This document shows, one piece after another, positions 42,421-56,730 of a stretch of DNA of 64,000 nucleotides. Positions within the stretch are counted from its first letter, which is position 1. Each line of letters starts with the position of its first letter. A program made the position numbers and the translations under genes. The stretch is from assembly GCF_009914755.1 (NCBI RefSeq), contig NC_060930.1. The stretch is one strand, 5' to 3'. Origin of the DNA: the human T2T-CHM13v2.0 reference genome, Homo sapiens. The notes under the pieces were generated by a model. The model saw nothing but the letters and a program-made list of their open reading frames with translations. It searched no databases and was not told where the DNA came from.

Positions 42421-42560
42421 ATGCTAAAGTTCATGAAACCTCCAAGGCGGGGGTGGAAGTGGATCTAGTATACAGTATTACACCAGATTACCAGATTTCT
42501 TTTCTTCAGTAGACATCTCACAAGACCAGTATTCTGAGGAGCATATATTGGGAAATGCCA
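41957..42560. mobile_element. hAT-Charlie MER (MER112-like) interrupted by an Alu
   Basis: cagggattccca...ggacttctcagagcattttaa...ttgggaaatgcc. Confidence 0.55.
42104..42419 (+). mobile_element. Alu (AluSx-like)
   Basis: (AAAT)n tail; TSD aaatgct(g/a)aagttca. Confidence 0.97.
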
Positions 42561-43116
42561 CAAAAGATAAAGAATAAAGAAATGCCTTGTCCAGTGAGAA
42601 GCTGGGTAGGGAAAGATGAAAAGTGTGTAGAATACTAAGTAGACTATAATAGCAGAAAATGTGGCATCAGGGAGGGATGGAGTGAAAAATGAGCAGGAAT
42701 GTAGTGAAGGAAGTTGGGTGCCATGCTAAACAACTTGAACATTATGCTGTCAAGGGAGTGATATTAACCTTTGAGAAAGGGTGTCATGTACTAACCTGGT
42801 TTTAGGAAGCCAATTCTGGTGGCGGTGTGAAAAACAAAGCTCCGAGATATGAGCGATTTGCAAATGGGAAACCAGTTAGATTATTGCAGAAGACCTGGTA
42901 AGAGAGGGTAAGGATGTGAATTGGGAAAATTGCAAGTGGTGTAGAAGAGAAGGCTCTAGAAAAATAGATTAAAAGATCAGAAGTGAGATCATCCAGGGAA
43001 AAGTAAGGCCAAAAAATGGCTTGAGAGAGAACTCAACATTTAAGAAGCAGATAAATGGAGAAAAAGCAAAGAAATAAGAAGTACAGTTGAAGCAAACAAA
43101 TGAAAAAGTAGCTTAG

Positions 43117-43528
<412 letters not shown>

Positions 43529-44859
43529 GATGGTGCTGGATTTTTAGTGGAGGTCCCCTAGATCATTAATATAATTTTGTAACATTCCAACTTCTAGATT
43601 AAAAAAAGGAATACCCATAAATTACCACGTGGCAAGCCAAGTTCTTTCTGCTAGATGCTTACTATGCCTCTTTCTACTGCACTGTTGAGACAGGATGGTC
43701 TGCATAACCCAGCACTTTATCTGGCTTCCCAAGTATAACCTGAAGAAACATAACTATTCTGCTTTTTTTTTTTTTTCTGTGATGACAACAGTTGCCTCAT
43801 GATTTTCACATCAGTTAATGTAGAGGGAAGTGGTTTACTGCAGAGGGTTCAATGAGAAATAAAGAAGACATGGGAAAAACATCTGAAAAAACAACATTCT
43901 TATTTTTGAATGGATGATGAATTAGTGACTTGGGAGGAAAAAACTAAATCAAAAGTAGTGAGACTTTAAGGAAATATTTAGAACATTTCTTTGAAAGCAT
44001 AAATGTGGGAGCCAGACGCTCCTGGGTTTGCATCCTGACTCTAGTGGCTATAAATTATATGACCTTTGGGGAAAGAAATGGTAGATCTTGCCAGGGGCTG
44101 TGGTAAGCAGTAGACTTCCGTGAATTATTTAATCCTCACAATCACCCTAAGGAAAAGTGAGGCTCAGAAAGGTCTAAACAATTTAAATACGTAGTAAGTG
44201 ACAGAGTCAGATTCAAACCCAGGGTCATTTGATGACAAAGCAGTTATTTTCCACCAGTCTGAAAACTTTATGAGGCAGAAATCACTTCTGCTTTCTTCAC
44301 ATTTGTATATCCTACAGATCCATAGCAGGCTGTTAATAACTATTTGTTGAATGGACGAATTAATATATAAATGAATAAGTGAATGAACAAGTAATCTATA
44401 ATGTTATTTCCAATAGACTTTATCTTTTTCAACCCTAATGTTCTCCTCTGTTGGCTCATTGTAGTTGCGCCATGAACCTTTCCATATCCCTAAAGGAAAG
44501 GCCAAGCTGATTGGCAACAGACTTAGGAGCTGGATGGTTCTGCATCATTAGTCAAAACAGACTTCCTGTTCTAGGATAATCTGGCCAGTAGGTGATGCTG
44601 ACTGAGACAGTTGAAAACACCTAGTGTCAAGTCATGGCTGGGTGTTGGTAAGCTGTACAGAGCCCCTGAGATTATTTGGATTGTTTGAAACAATCATGAT
44701 CATGACATTAACATAAAAGCTGAGAAATATAGTTGGGTTGAAGGGAAAATGTCTCAGTGGAAGGAAAGGTGATTAAATAAAGAAAGAGGTATATCCCAGC
44801 CAGCTCTAAGGCCTTAAGAGCAAAACCCATCATGGTGACTAGGATAGGGTTGTTGGTGG

Positions 44860-45100
44860 TGGTCATGGTGGTGATGCAGATGATAACAGTAAACTATAAG
44901 ATGTATGCCTTCTCTGTGCCAGTTATGATGCTAAGTATTTAACACAAACCACATTTATCTTGACAATAATCCTATGATATAGGCTTTATTTTTATCCCCC
45001 TTCAAGACTTGTGAACTCGTCAAAGGTCACACAGTTAAAGTAATAATGGTCAAGATTTAAACCCTGACCCTGCCCGATTCCGGTACCTAAGCTTTGAACC
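44860..45100 (-). mobile_element. MIR
   Basis: tgtgccag...gctaagtatttaaca...caataatcctatga...aaggtcacacagt. Confidence 0.75.
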
Positions 45101-45408
45101 CCATGTTATTTTCCTCTAGGAAGAGGTAATTGAGGCCATATTTATCTTTCAATTAGGTTTTTTTATGTGTTCATCATCTACATTTCATTCACATGCACTT
45201 ACTCAAAGTTGCTCTCACATTCTGAAGTATTTGAATATTTGACAATTTAGTGATATATTAAATTTTACTTCCAAGCATTTATAGCTGTTTTTCTTTGTTT
45301 GTGTGGAAAGTCATAAGAGCACTTCAAAATAAATTTTTATAACAGACATGCTTGAAGGTCAGATCAAGGAATCCTTGTGACATTGGGGTACAAAGAAATA
45401 GAAAAATG

Positions 45409-45730
45409 GGCCAGGCGCAATGGCTCACGCCTGTAATCCCAGCACTTTTGGAGGCCGAGGCGGGCAGATCACCTGAAGTCAGGAGTGAGAAGCCAGTCTG
45501 ACCAACATGGAGAAAACCCATATCTACTAAAAATACAAAATTAGCCTGGTGTAGCAGTGCATGCCTGTAATCCCAGCTACTTGGGAGACTGAGGCAGGAG
45601 AATCACTTGAACCCAGGAGGCGGAGATTGTGGTGACCCAGATCATGCCATTGCACTGCAGCCTGGGCAACAAGAGCGAAACTTCATCTCAAAAAAAAAAA
45701 AAAAAAAGAAAGAAAGAAAAGGAAAAAAAA
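45409..45730 (+). mobile_element. Alu (AluSp/Sq-like)
   Basis: accaacatggagaaaac, aacaagagcgaaac; TSD agaaaaatgg. Confidence 0.96.
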
Positions 45731-46426
45731 GAAAAATGGTCCACATTCTCCAGAAATTTTCACCACAGTGGAGATACAACCTATGTCAATGAAACACCTA
45801 GGAAAGCCCAGTAAATAGTAACTCAAGGGCAACATCTTCCAGCACAGACACCACTCTCTTAGCATAAGTGCTCATTGGGAGGGAAGACTAAGTAAATGAC
45901 CCAAATCCACTGTGTTTGTTTGGGGAGCTTCCTGGAGGAGGTGAGTCTCTGGAGGCAACTGTGGTATAGACATACATTGGCCAAAAAGGCATGGGAGTTG
46001 GAGAGGATATTCCAACCAGGAAGGGGGTCTGAATATAGTGCTATAGTGGTTTATTTAAAATAAATTTAAAGAATATATAAACCCTGATATAAAACACTTT
46101 GAAAACTGTTAAGTATTAACGTCCTTTTAAATCAAAAATGGTTTGGTAACTTTAAGATTTAGTATAAAAGTAAACAGCTTCTGTGGTTTGAAAAAAAATC
46201 ACGAATCAATCTGGATCAATGGTGGGATTTTCTCATACCACTACACACACACAATTACACAGTGCTCTGAGGAAGAGAAGGATTAGATTACTACTTGAAA
46301 ATGGAGTTTCTCATCCCCACGGCTGATAGAATGACTAAGAGGCCAAGCCTTATATACACCCCTGCCGTCTCACACCTAATGCTCCAATCCTGGGCTGCTT
46401 AGGATTTTTATTAAGTAGCTACTGGA

Positions 46427-46950
46427 GTGTCCCAAGTCTCTTTCACTGCATAACAAATCACCCCAGCATTTAGCTGTTTAAAACAATAATCATTTTGATA
46501 ATTTCTCATCTTTCTGTGAGCCAGGATTTGGGAGGACTCACCTGAGTGGTTCTTGTTTCAGTCTCTCATGAGGTTGCAGTTCAGGCAGCAACTGTTGAAG
46601 GGTGGGGCTGGAGCATCTGGGAACTCTCTGGTCCCTCCATGCAGGCTAAGTTGGGCTTCCTCATAGCATGGCGGCCTCAAAGCAGTTAACTGCTTACCTG
46701 TCATCTGAAGGCTTCAAAAGCAAGGATCCCAACTAATTGGAGAGAAGCTACATTGCCTTTTATGATGGCATCTCTGCAGTCCCACAGAATTACTTCTACC
46801 ATACTGTGTGTAAGCAAGTTCCCAGCCTACTCAGATTCAGAGAGAGAGGAATTAGATTCCACCACTTGATGGTGGAGTGGTAGGATTCTAGAAGACCACA
46901 TAGGATTGGAGATATGATTGTGTTCATCTTTGGAAAATACAATCTGCAAC
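46427..46950. mobile_element. MLT1 (F/G/H-type) solo LTR
   Basis: ctgcataacaaatcacccca...gggcttcctcatagcatggcggcctc...attagattccaccacttgatgg. Confidence 0.82.
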
Positions 46951-47889
46951 TTAGAGGTTTTCCGGGAGAAGGGAGGAGGAGAGGCACACACATGTGGTAC
47001 TCACCATTTGCTGGAGAGCTCATTTAATTTCCCCCAAATAACTGTACAAAAGGGGCATTGTTGTCCTTCTCCGTTTTATACATGAGAAAAAGGAGGCTAA
47101 GAAACCAACCTGGCTAGGATCATTCAGCTCCAGCTCTGCCCTAGGCCCCTGACAGGTGCTTTACAAACATCACCTTAGAACTTCCCCCCAGTTTACGAAA
47201 CAGAGGCTAACTCACCTGGCCCCAGTGAGCAAGTGGCAGAACTAGAATTCCATCCCAGGCCTCTTCCTACTGCAGTTGCTACCTTGTAACACCTCATTCA
47301 TTTGCGCCATTACCTAGGCCTCTGAGTTCTTGTATCTTTCCGGGGTCTTGGTCCTATTTGGGCACAAGTCATGACACAAATTCCACATGGTGCCTTGGAG
47401 AGAATTAGACGGACCAACAAAAGGGCCTGATCCTGCAGGAAACTGCCTTTTTCTGTTGCTCTCCCTAAGTAAAGCTGTCATATAGATTTTGTGCTGAGCT
47501 GGCCAAAAAGCAATTTGAAAAATGGCTTCCGAGATTGGCAGTGGCATTGACTTGGCAGGGAGGAAGGTAATAACTGCTCTGTTATAGATTATGCTGGAGG
47601 CCTCTGATCTCATTCCTGTCAGGCCCTGCCTTCATTCTGGGAAGCTCTATGTGAAACTGTCCGCTTTGCTCAGAACAAGAATCCTTTGACCTCATACCTT
47701 TCTTGTTTATCGTATTGCAGACCTTCCAAGGGAGAGCAGAAACAGGCTAGTCTAAGTTTAGCAACCTGGTGAGCTTAATATGGCCTTGGCAAAAAGATCT
47801 CCATACAAAGACCCTTAGTTAGTCAGCCAGGGATAGCAAGGAGACAAAATAAACTCATTTTTAAGATAATAAAAGAAAAGGGGGGAGTT

Positions 47890-48010
47890 ATAATCTGCAA
47901 TATCCTCATTCCCTTTTTACAGATGAGGAAACTGAGGCTCTCAGAGGGTAAAGTACTTTGCCCAGCAGAGACAGCTCTGCCCTGTGCAATGTGTTGTAAA
48001 GCCAGGCAGT
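47890..48010 (-). mobile_element. MIR core
   Basis: ttttacagatgaggaaactgaggctctcagagggtaaag. Confidence 0.85.
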
Positions 48011-48489
48011 GATGGCCAAGGGCTGACCCTTGGAGCACACAGAGCAAAAAGCCTCTTCCTGGATCAAGTCCCTGAGGGAGTTAGGCTTTTTCAGAAATCA
48101 GCTTCTCCTTTAGCCCTGAGCCTGGCCTCCTAGCACCATGGCCTGTGCAAGTCTGAGGCTATCCCAGGCTCCAGAGCCTCCAGAAACCCCTTTGGTAATA
48201 GTTTTCTGTTGACATTGAGGCTATGATACTGTTTAAGTAGGTGAAAATACGTATTTATTATGTGAAGCACCCGGTGTATTTTCTATTCATTTCATTTCAA
48301 CAAGAGTTTGTTAAACCTTTAGTACATGCACTGCTGTTTATGTAGTGGCATTATGGAAACAAAACGCAGAAAGCAATGAATACTCGAGTAACTGACAACC
48401 CAGTGAAAAACAATTGGTGCATTGCACTCGAGCCAGTGAGCACAGCCCTGGGCACCCGTGAGCAAGACGTTCTCTGGTCCCTTCATATT

Positions 48490-49290
48490 TTAAAAAAACA
48501 GGCATGTGCTTTAGAGCAGTTTTAGGTTCACAGCAAAGTTGAGAAGAAGGAACAGAGATTTCTCATATACCTCCTACCCTACGAGTGCACAGCCTCCCTG
48601 TGGATAGCCCCCAGCAGAGTGATCCCTTGGTTACAATTGATGAACCTACATCATCATCACCCAGAGTCCACAGCCTGCATTAGGGTTCACTCTTGGTGCT
48701 GAACATTCTGTGGGTTTGGATAAATGTTTAATGACATGTTCTCACCACTGTAGTATCATCTGAGCAGAGTAGTTTCCCTGCCCTAAAAATCCTCTGTGCT
48801 CCACTCATTCATCACTCCCTCCCCCAACCCCGATCTTTTCATTGTCTCCATAGTGTTTACCTTTTCCAGAATATCATGTAGTCAGACTCAAACAGTGTGT
48901 GGCCTTTCCAGGCTGGCTCTTTTCCATGGAGGCATTAAGATTTCCTTCATGTCTTTTCACGGCTTGAGAGCTCATTTGCTTTCAATGCTAAATAATACTC
49001 TATTGTCCAGATGTACCAGTTTATTTATGCATACGCCTCCTGAAGGACATCTTGATTGCTTCCAACTTTTGGCAATTATGCATAAAGCCGCTATCCTTGT
49101 GCAGATTTTTGTGTGGACATGAAGTTTTCAACTCCTTTGTGTAGATACCAAGGAACAGGATGTCTGGATCATATGATAATATGTTTAGTTTTGTAAGAAA
49201 TTTCCAAATTGTCTTCCAAAGTGTCTGTACCATTTTGAGTCCCCACCAGCAATAAATGAGGGTTCCTTCCTGTCCTTGCCAGCATTGGAT
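48490..49290 (-). mobile_element. L1MC/MD-type 3' fragment
   Basis: tttagagcagttttaggttcacagcaaa...ttagggttcactcttggtg...ccaaattgtcttccaaagtg. Confidence 0.92.
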
Positions 49291-49460
49291 GGTTGGTCTG
49301 TCCATTTTTTAAAGCACCAATAAACTGAATTATGGTAGAAACTACTAGAGAGCCAAAAATAGTGCCAAAAATGACTCTGAGAAAAAGGCTGAATGTCAGG
49401 TCCTGTGACATCCACATGGCAGTGTGCCCCTTGTGCCCTTACTCAAAGCTACAATATTCT

Positions 49461-49792
<332 letters not shown>

Positions 49793-50039
49793 CTACACAA
49801 AATGCTAGTAAGCTAGTTTTCTATTTTCCCAGCCCACTAAAATTTGGAAGCTTTAAAGAGTCAGAGACACTAAAAATATAAAACAAAAATACATGCCTTA
49901 GCCTGTTTGCAAATAAGTTAACAAATATGTAACCCTGTGTACTTTGGAGACACAACTACACATCAACTTGTCTAAACAGGTGTTTATAAGAATGACCTAA
50001 AAACACTGGCTGAAAGAATGAAACTGTATTCAAGATGCC

Positions 50040-50200
50040 ACAGCTATTAGAAATTGGGGATATTATAAGTCCCTGCCTTACAGATTTTTGGTTAGAATTA
50101 AATGAAATCTGTGTAAAATGCTTAGCACAGTGTTTGATACCTAGTAAGTGCTGATCATATTGGCTGCTGTGTAATGACGAGAATGATGATGGTGGTAACA
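50040..50200 (+). mobile_element. MIR 3' part
   Basis: gaattaaatgaaatctgtgtaaaatgcttagcacagtg. Confidence 0.75.
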
Positions 50201-50259
50201 ATAATACACCAAGGGATTAGAGAGTCAGAAGGAGGAGTAGAAAGGAAGAGTATTGTAAT

Positions 50260-51060
50260 TCCTCAGACATTTATTGAAATACTCTTATGTCCCAAGGTGA
50301 ATTCATAGGTAAATGACACACATAATTCCTATTCTTGGAAAGGTCCTTGTATAGCATATTATAAGATTATAGTTGAATGTGATAAAAGTTATAATACATT
50401 GACTAATAAAAGCGGCGTGATGACATAGGTGAGGAAACTGTTAATTTTGACTACAAGATTAGGAAAAACTACAGGAAACAGTTGAGCTGGGCTTGAAAGA
50501 TTTCGCTATTTGGTAAGGGATAGGCATTTCAAGGAAGAACATTCCAGGCAGACGAAACAGACTTTAAACAAAGGCAGGGAGACCGAGAAGCCATGACACA
50601 GTTAAGCATGTAGACTAGGGTAAATTCAAAGACTGTGCAGCAAAGAGCTGAGCTGGAAATGCTCCCAGGGCCACTTTATGATTGCCTAGCATATCACTGC
50701 AAGGAGTGTGGATTCCATTTGAAAGGCAGTAGGATGCTATTAAAAGTTTTAAGCTGAGAAGCTATATGATTAAATGTCTGCTTTGACACACGCTCACACT
50801 GAAGGCAGGGTAGAAACTGAACTCAAGTGGTCAGAAAGTGGAGTCAGGAGGGCCAGGCAGGGGTGCTCGTGATAGTTTGGGTACTGGCTGAGGCCCTGCC
50901 ACTTGAGAAAAGGTGACAGGTAGACTTGATAAGATTGAGGGGTCTATTAGGAGGGCTAGGGGAAATGGGCAGAGAGAGAGGATGTGTAGAAAGTAGAGTC
51001 AAGTCAAGATAAGACTTTGGGAGCCTGAGCTTGGGCAACTGGGGCAACACAAGGAAAGAA
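50260..51060 (-). mobile_element. L2 fragment
   Basis: ttgagctgggcttgaaaga; aacattccaggcagacgaaacag; aaggagtgtggattccatt. Confidence 0.75.
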
Positions 51061-51314
51061 CTTTTTACAAACCTGAGATTGATGTTTTAATGTTCATGAT
51101 CCTCTAGTGGCAAGAAAGAAGTTGAATCTTTAATACTATTTCAATTCCAGGCTTATTTGATGTTTTATTGTTCCACCCAAGAGATTACCACTTGAATTAT
51201 GCCATAGGGCTAGAACCAAATTAATATAATTTATTTTTCTAAAATGTGCAAGTAGGGATAGACAAATTTGTTCCCCTAAAATAAATTCTAACCTCAAAAT
51301 GGCCATATATAATC

Positions 51315-51607
51315 CAGGGCTTGGCCATCTAATGTGATAACCACTAACCACATGTGGCTACTGGGCACTTGAAATGTGGCTAGTCTTATTTGAGATGTGA
51401 TGAGGGTATAAAACACTTACCAATATTCAGATATTCAGTATGAAAAGAATACATAATATTTCATTAATTTTTATATTGATTACATATTGAAATAATGTTT
51501 TGGGTATATGGGATTAAATAAGATATATTACAAAAATAATTTCCCTTAAAAAATTTTAATATGACTACTAGAAAATTGAAAATTACATCTATGGCTCACA
51601 TTGTATT

Positions 51608-51643
<36 letters not shown>

Positions 51644-51948
51644 AGAGAGATAGCATCTTGCTTTGTTGCCCAGGCTGGAGTGCAGTAGTACAGTCGTGGC
51701 TCACCGTAGCTTTGACCTCCTGGGCTCAAGGGATCCTCCCACCTCAACCTCCCCAGTAGCTGGAATTACAGGTGCACACAACCAGCTAATTTTTTAATTT
51801 TAAAAAAATTTTTTTATAGCAACGGGGTCTTGCTATGTTGCCCAGACTGGTCTCAAACTCCTATTCTCGCCTGGCCTCCCAAAGCACTGGGATTACAGGA
51901 TTGAGCCACCATGCCTGGCCCCACATTATATTTCTATTGAACAGTGCT
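51315..51948. mobile_element. MER3/MER33 hAT-Charlie element interrupted by an AluJ
   Basis: ccactaaccacatgtggctactgggcacttgaaatgtggctagt...tttctattgaacagtgctg. Confidence 0.88.
51614..51919 (-). mobile_element. Alu (AluJ)
   Basis: Long poly-T; TSD cacatt(g/a)tatttc. Confidence 0.95.
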
Positions 51949-52687
51949 GGTCTAAGAAATTTGAGATTTGCAGTGCCAGTATTTAAGGACTATGTACAGG
52001 CCAAGGGTATATTTTTTATTACTGCATCCTCCTCCCATTACTGATGAATGTCTCACCACCTGATGTTTTCTAACACCTTCCTATGTGTCTTTATTCTTAT
52101 TAAGAAAGAAGTTACTGTAGCAACGGCCACAATAGCTTGTATTTACTACACCTGGAGGGAGAGACATAAACAGACATCAATCTGTCATTCAGGTTTTCAG
52201 GTTTACACATTAATATTTTTCTCATGTCTATCTGGGTTTTCCTCTGCAAAGCGGAACACCAAGAGTAGGAGACCCGTCTTCTAACTCCCGCCTATGACAC
52301 TGGCTTCTCTGGGTCTCCATAAGAACATTCATTACCCCATGCTGACCTCAGGGGGGTATGTGGATAGATAGTTACAAAGTGTTTTGAAAGTGATTCTTAG
52401 GGTACTGTATCTGTCTAATGTCACATATTTTAACATGAAAATAGTATCTAACATTACTTACAATAGTGGAGGAAGGCAGGAGGGAGAAAGTAGTTTCCTC
52501 TGGTGATTATGGGCTGGGAAGATCCAGGAGAGAGAAAAGGAGTGAGACTAGAAAAACCCATACAAGGCTGACCAACATTAGCATTTGTTCTCATCAACAT
52601 AAATAGTTCTTTTCCTGTATTCAGCAACAAGCCTCCGCTGGCTGGGAGAAGATTGGGAGCCGAGAGCTATGCAGATAGTTCATCTGC

Positions 52688-53290
52688 GCTTTGACATGGA
52701 AAAAGCAAATGGGCTGGAGTGTTTTTTAACTTGATCGTCGTATTGTGTGATGCTTTAGGTGTTACCCTCATTGATTGCCACTTAAGTTCCACTCATGGGT
52801 CGATTCTGTTTGAACATGCTTGCTCCTTAGTGGGTATCATCTGGACAGAGATAACAGATGCTAAGACAGGGACTGGGGGCATTGAGGAATTATTACTATT
52901 ACCTTCACCTAGGACAGGCGTGGCTTCAAAATGTCTATCTAGAGTGGCCTGAGGGGTTGCAATATGGTTGAAAGTGGAGACTGGGAGCTTGCCCTTTCAG
53001 AAATGTTTGCCTAGCAAAGCAAGATGTTGTCCCTTGGGCATTATGCTTATTTGAGGTGGCTGGAGAGGGTTTATGAGGATCGAGGTCAGGGCAGGGGTTT
53101 TGGCTCAAGACCCCTCAACCCAAGCCACCCCTTTGGCATTTCACGGAAATGTGGCAAAAAATAATAGAAGATTCTCGGTTTTAGGTTTTATTTGCACATG
53201 TTTTATAAATCTACCTGAAGCTTTTCAACTGATGACGCACTTGATCATTTGAAAATCCATTCAGCGCCTTATCCCACCTACAGAGAACCA
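52688..53290. other. Copy 2 of an ancient duplicated element (paralog of 37085-37586)
   Basis: Same aligned blocks as copy 1; also tccattcagcgccttatcccacctacagagaacc aligns ungapped to tccactcacctttgtagttcacctacagaaaacc. Confidence 0.85.
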
Positions 53291-53719
53291 TCCTAAAAGA
53301 AAATCAGGAAAGCTGCTACCGTCCCATCCTGAGAAATTCCCACTCACTCCTCATGGGCATTTGGGAGGTCCTCTACTCAAGAATTGAACCGAAGGGAACT
53401 AAAGTGCATTGCAAAAATGCAGTCCTTCCAGGGAAGGTTCAAGGAAAGTTAATTGTCATTGTGTCGCGTTTTGAGGTCTTCCTCCCTCTTCCCTTCCTAG
53501 GGGGCGGGGTGGGGTGGATGATGCTGGGGGGTGGGGGAAAGGGGAGGCAAGTGTGGTTTTCCGATCAGCGATCTAATAGCAGTTAGAATTATATAATGGA
53601 ACTGCCCTGTGTCAGGTGACGGGATCACTGAGTAATTCCCTGCAGAAGGAGACAAACTGCATGTTAAAAAGCTCAACAAATACTCAAAAAAAAAAAAAAA
53701 AAAAAGCCCAGGCTGTGAG

Positions 53720-53974
53720 TTCCAGACTTCCAAGCTGCATTTCCTCTGAATCCTCTCCAGGCTGAAACAGCTGTACAGGCTTGCTGAGTCAGAAGACTCC
53801 CAGAGATTGGGGACGGCCAAGGCAGGTCGGGGGTCTGGTTTGGATCCCCGGGTTACTTTCTGTTTCATTTTGAAATGTTCCCTGTTTCTGCAACCGGTTG
53901 CCTCCAATGTCAAGTAAAACGCAGGACTCCTTGGAGACGCCAGCTGGGCTTCTAAGGACTGGGGCTCTGTGAAG
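53720..53974 (+). ncRNA. Candidate non-coding first exon (start approximate)
   Basis: Donor AAG|GTAAGA at 53974/53975 downstream of the GC box; no convincing ORF. Confidence 0.4.
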
Positions 53975-54348
53975 GTAAGAGGCAGTCTGTGCCCCACCGG
54001 CTGGAGGCTGCCACTTTAGAGAGGTCTGAGTACCCGCAGGTCACACCCAGGAGGGGTTGGTGTGCCTGCCAACTGTTCTGGGCTCTGAGTGAGGCTGGAG
54101 AGACCATCGTGGAGGCGGTTTTAGGTTAGAAAAGGGATAAAATGGACCCTTCATGCCAGATGGGTGGCCACCTAGTCCACGGTGAGTTGAATCCATCCCC
54201 CGACTTTGGTTGACACCCTCCCCTTCTCCATTCCATCCCACGTGGGAGCTGGTCAGCGGCCAGGGAATTGGCACGGCCGGGAAGGAAGGCGAAGGGGCTG
54301 CCTGGCACCGAGAGGCTGCATGGGCGTGTGTAGCATGTGTATTTTCAG

Positions 54349-54467
54349 AGCCCGACACTTGAGGAGACTGTTGCTCAATTTAAGAAAGCACAGCTATTGG
54401 AAAGCCAGGAAACAGACCCAGAGAGGCGGATGCATGTGGGAGCAAAGAGCTTTGGGCAGCCTTTAAG
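54349..54467 (+). ncRNA. Candidate 119-nt exon (exon 2 or alternative first exon)
   Basis: Acceptor gtgtattttcag|AG and donor AAG|GTAGGC followed by U-rich intron-like sequence; purine-rich body. Confidence 0.5.
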
Positions 54468-55236
54468 GTAGGCATTGGCGTCTGAAATCATGTTATTGCC
54501 TTTTGTTTATTTGTTAGATGGATTTTGTATTGGTTTTATGCTTTGTTCGGTTTAGAGAATTTTCCTTTGATGGAGCTGCCAATATCAATAGATTTGGTTT
54601 TGAAATCCTCGGGCCGGGTTCATAGGATAGGCTGGAGCCCACGGTGTTAGTGTAGATGCCTCAAAGTCAGAAGAGATGGATACAAAACTGGTGATGATTT
54701 TCAAAGGAGATTCACTTGCAAATCTCACTGCAATGGAGACTTGCTGGGAGTCCTGGTGCCTGCTGAGGCAGGCAGCTCTTAGGAACCTCAGGAAGTTTCT
54801 GACTTAAAGAGACAGGAAAGGAAAAATTGAATCCGCAGCTGTTATTTTGGGGAAAGTGGGTTCAGGGAGAATTTGTGGCTGAAGAAAAAGGAAAGACGAC
54901 TTGGAAAATAAACGGAAACATAAGGGATAGGCTTGGTGGGATTCCAGCTTGGGGCAGTGGCATTTTGAGGCTTGCTGCGTGGAGATAGAAATCAATACGG
55001 GAACTGATAACAGCTCACTCAGCATGAATAAGAAATGCTACATGGATTCTTTTAACACTGACTTCTAAAGAGCCTGAGAAATAAACAAGATGTTAGTTTG
55101 AAAGAGTTCATTTCTAATTGTTATTTCTTTTTTATTGTTTGGCCCCATGAGCTGCTCTAAACAAAATATGGTGATGTTAGAACCAAAAGGAAAGTGTCCT
55201 TAGAATAATATCTACAAAGAGGCATTCAAGTTTTCA

Positions 55237-55657
<421 letters not shown>

Positions 55658-56499
55658 CAGAAACAACTCTTTAAAGTGGTACAATTATCTTTTAAGAGGA
55701 TATTTGTATATCGGAATTAAAAAATGATCTTAAATCTGTGGTTCTTAAATCTTCAAAACCATGGTCCATATTTGGGAAGCAAAAAGACTGTGGATCATGA
55801 ATTTTTAGTCTTTTCTCTACTGTGGCCCTATCACTCCCATCTCTTCTGATGCTCAACAAACAAAACTAAACAACAAAGCTAAAAAAGCATAACAAAGTTT
55901 TTCACTAAAGCCCACACTTGAAATGTAGATGCTATAGTATTACAAATATTCATAATATAAAAGAACAGCTCATAGAGCCCCTTTTTAAGGCCATGGCAGT
56001 CCCTCGAGAAAACACTGCCTAAATAATTAATATCAGCAGAGTGAGTTCCTTTTATCTGGATTTCCATCTGTTGAAACTTGCTGGAAACCTACCTTTCTAC
56101 ACTTCAATAATATCATGAGGACTGAGATTCATGAGGATGACCTCCAGGTACTACAAGGCTCTTTAGTGCCTCCCAAATCACAGAAGATAACAAGATGCTC
56201 AAAATAGTTTTGGTTTTGAGTGCATTGCCTTCCACTCTAATTCTCTAAAATTTGCTCCTCTGCATAGATCATGGTGCCCACATTTTCTATATCAAGGACC
56301 AGGACTTGTGATCTTACAGAGGACTTTTATGTTGCTTTCAGTGTGAGAAACAGTCTGAGAAATGCAGTTTGGATGCCAGGTTTTGTTCATTTCTGGGATA
56401 GTCCAACATTTATGGGACAACTGGTGAAATAGGACAGATTTTGAAAATTCAGTCTTTATGGAAATCAAGGTGCTTTGATTAAAAGCTTCAGTTTTTTTT

Positions 56500-56730
56500 A
56501 GTTCGGTTGACTGAGGTTTGCATTCCAATTCTGCTACCTTTTCAGTGAGTGACATTGAGAAAGTTTGTTGATCTTTCTAAGGCTCAGTTTCCTCATCCAT
56601 AAAATTGGAGAGTAACATTGCTTTACCTCACAGGCTGTATGGGAAGTAAATTATATAGAACATCGCGTAGTGCTGTGCCTGGCACACTTAGTGCCTGAAA
56701 AAGTACTTGCTATTATTGTTGTTATCATTT
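56500..56730 (+). mobile_element. MIR
   Basis: ctcagtttcctcatccataaaattgg...tgtgcctggcacac. Confidence 0.85.

Larger units (their letters stand above)
53225..54480 (+). promoter_or_regulatory. Probable promoter / 5' end of a + strand transcript (CpG-enriched, no interspersed repeats)
   Basis: Highest non-Alu CpG/GC density in the window by eye; GC box GGGGCGGGG (53501), TGCTGAGTCA (53782), TGACGCA (53233), TTCCAGGGAA (53426), TTCAAGGAA (53438), kB-like GAGAAATTCCC (53331), CACGTG (~54239); two strong splice donors. Confidence 0.7.

Noticed and set aside
53497-53997. 166-aa minus-strand ORF over the promoter
   Set aside because: Crosses a poly-T run and the G-rich tract; composition reflects GC-rich promoter sequence
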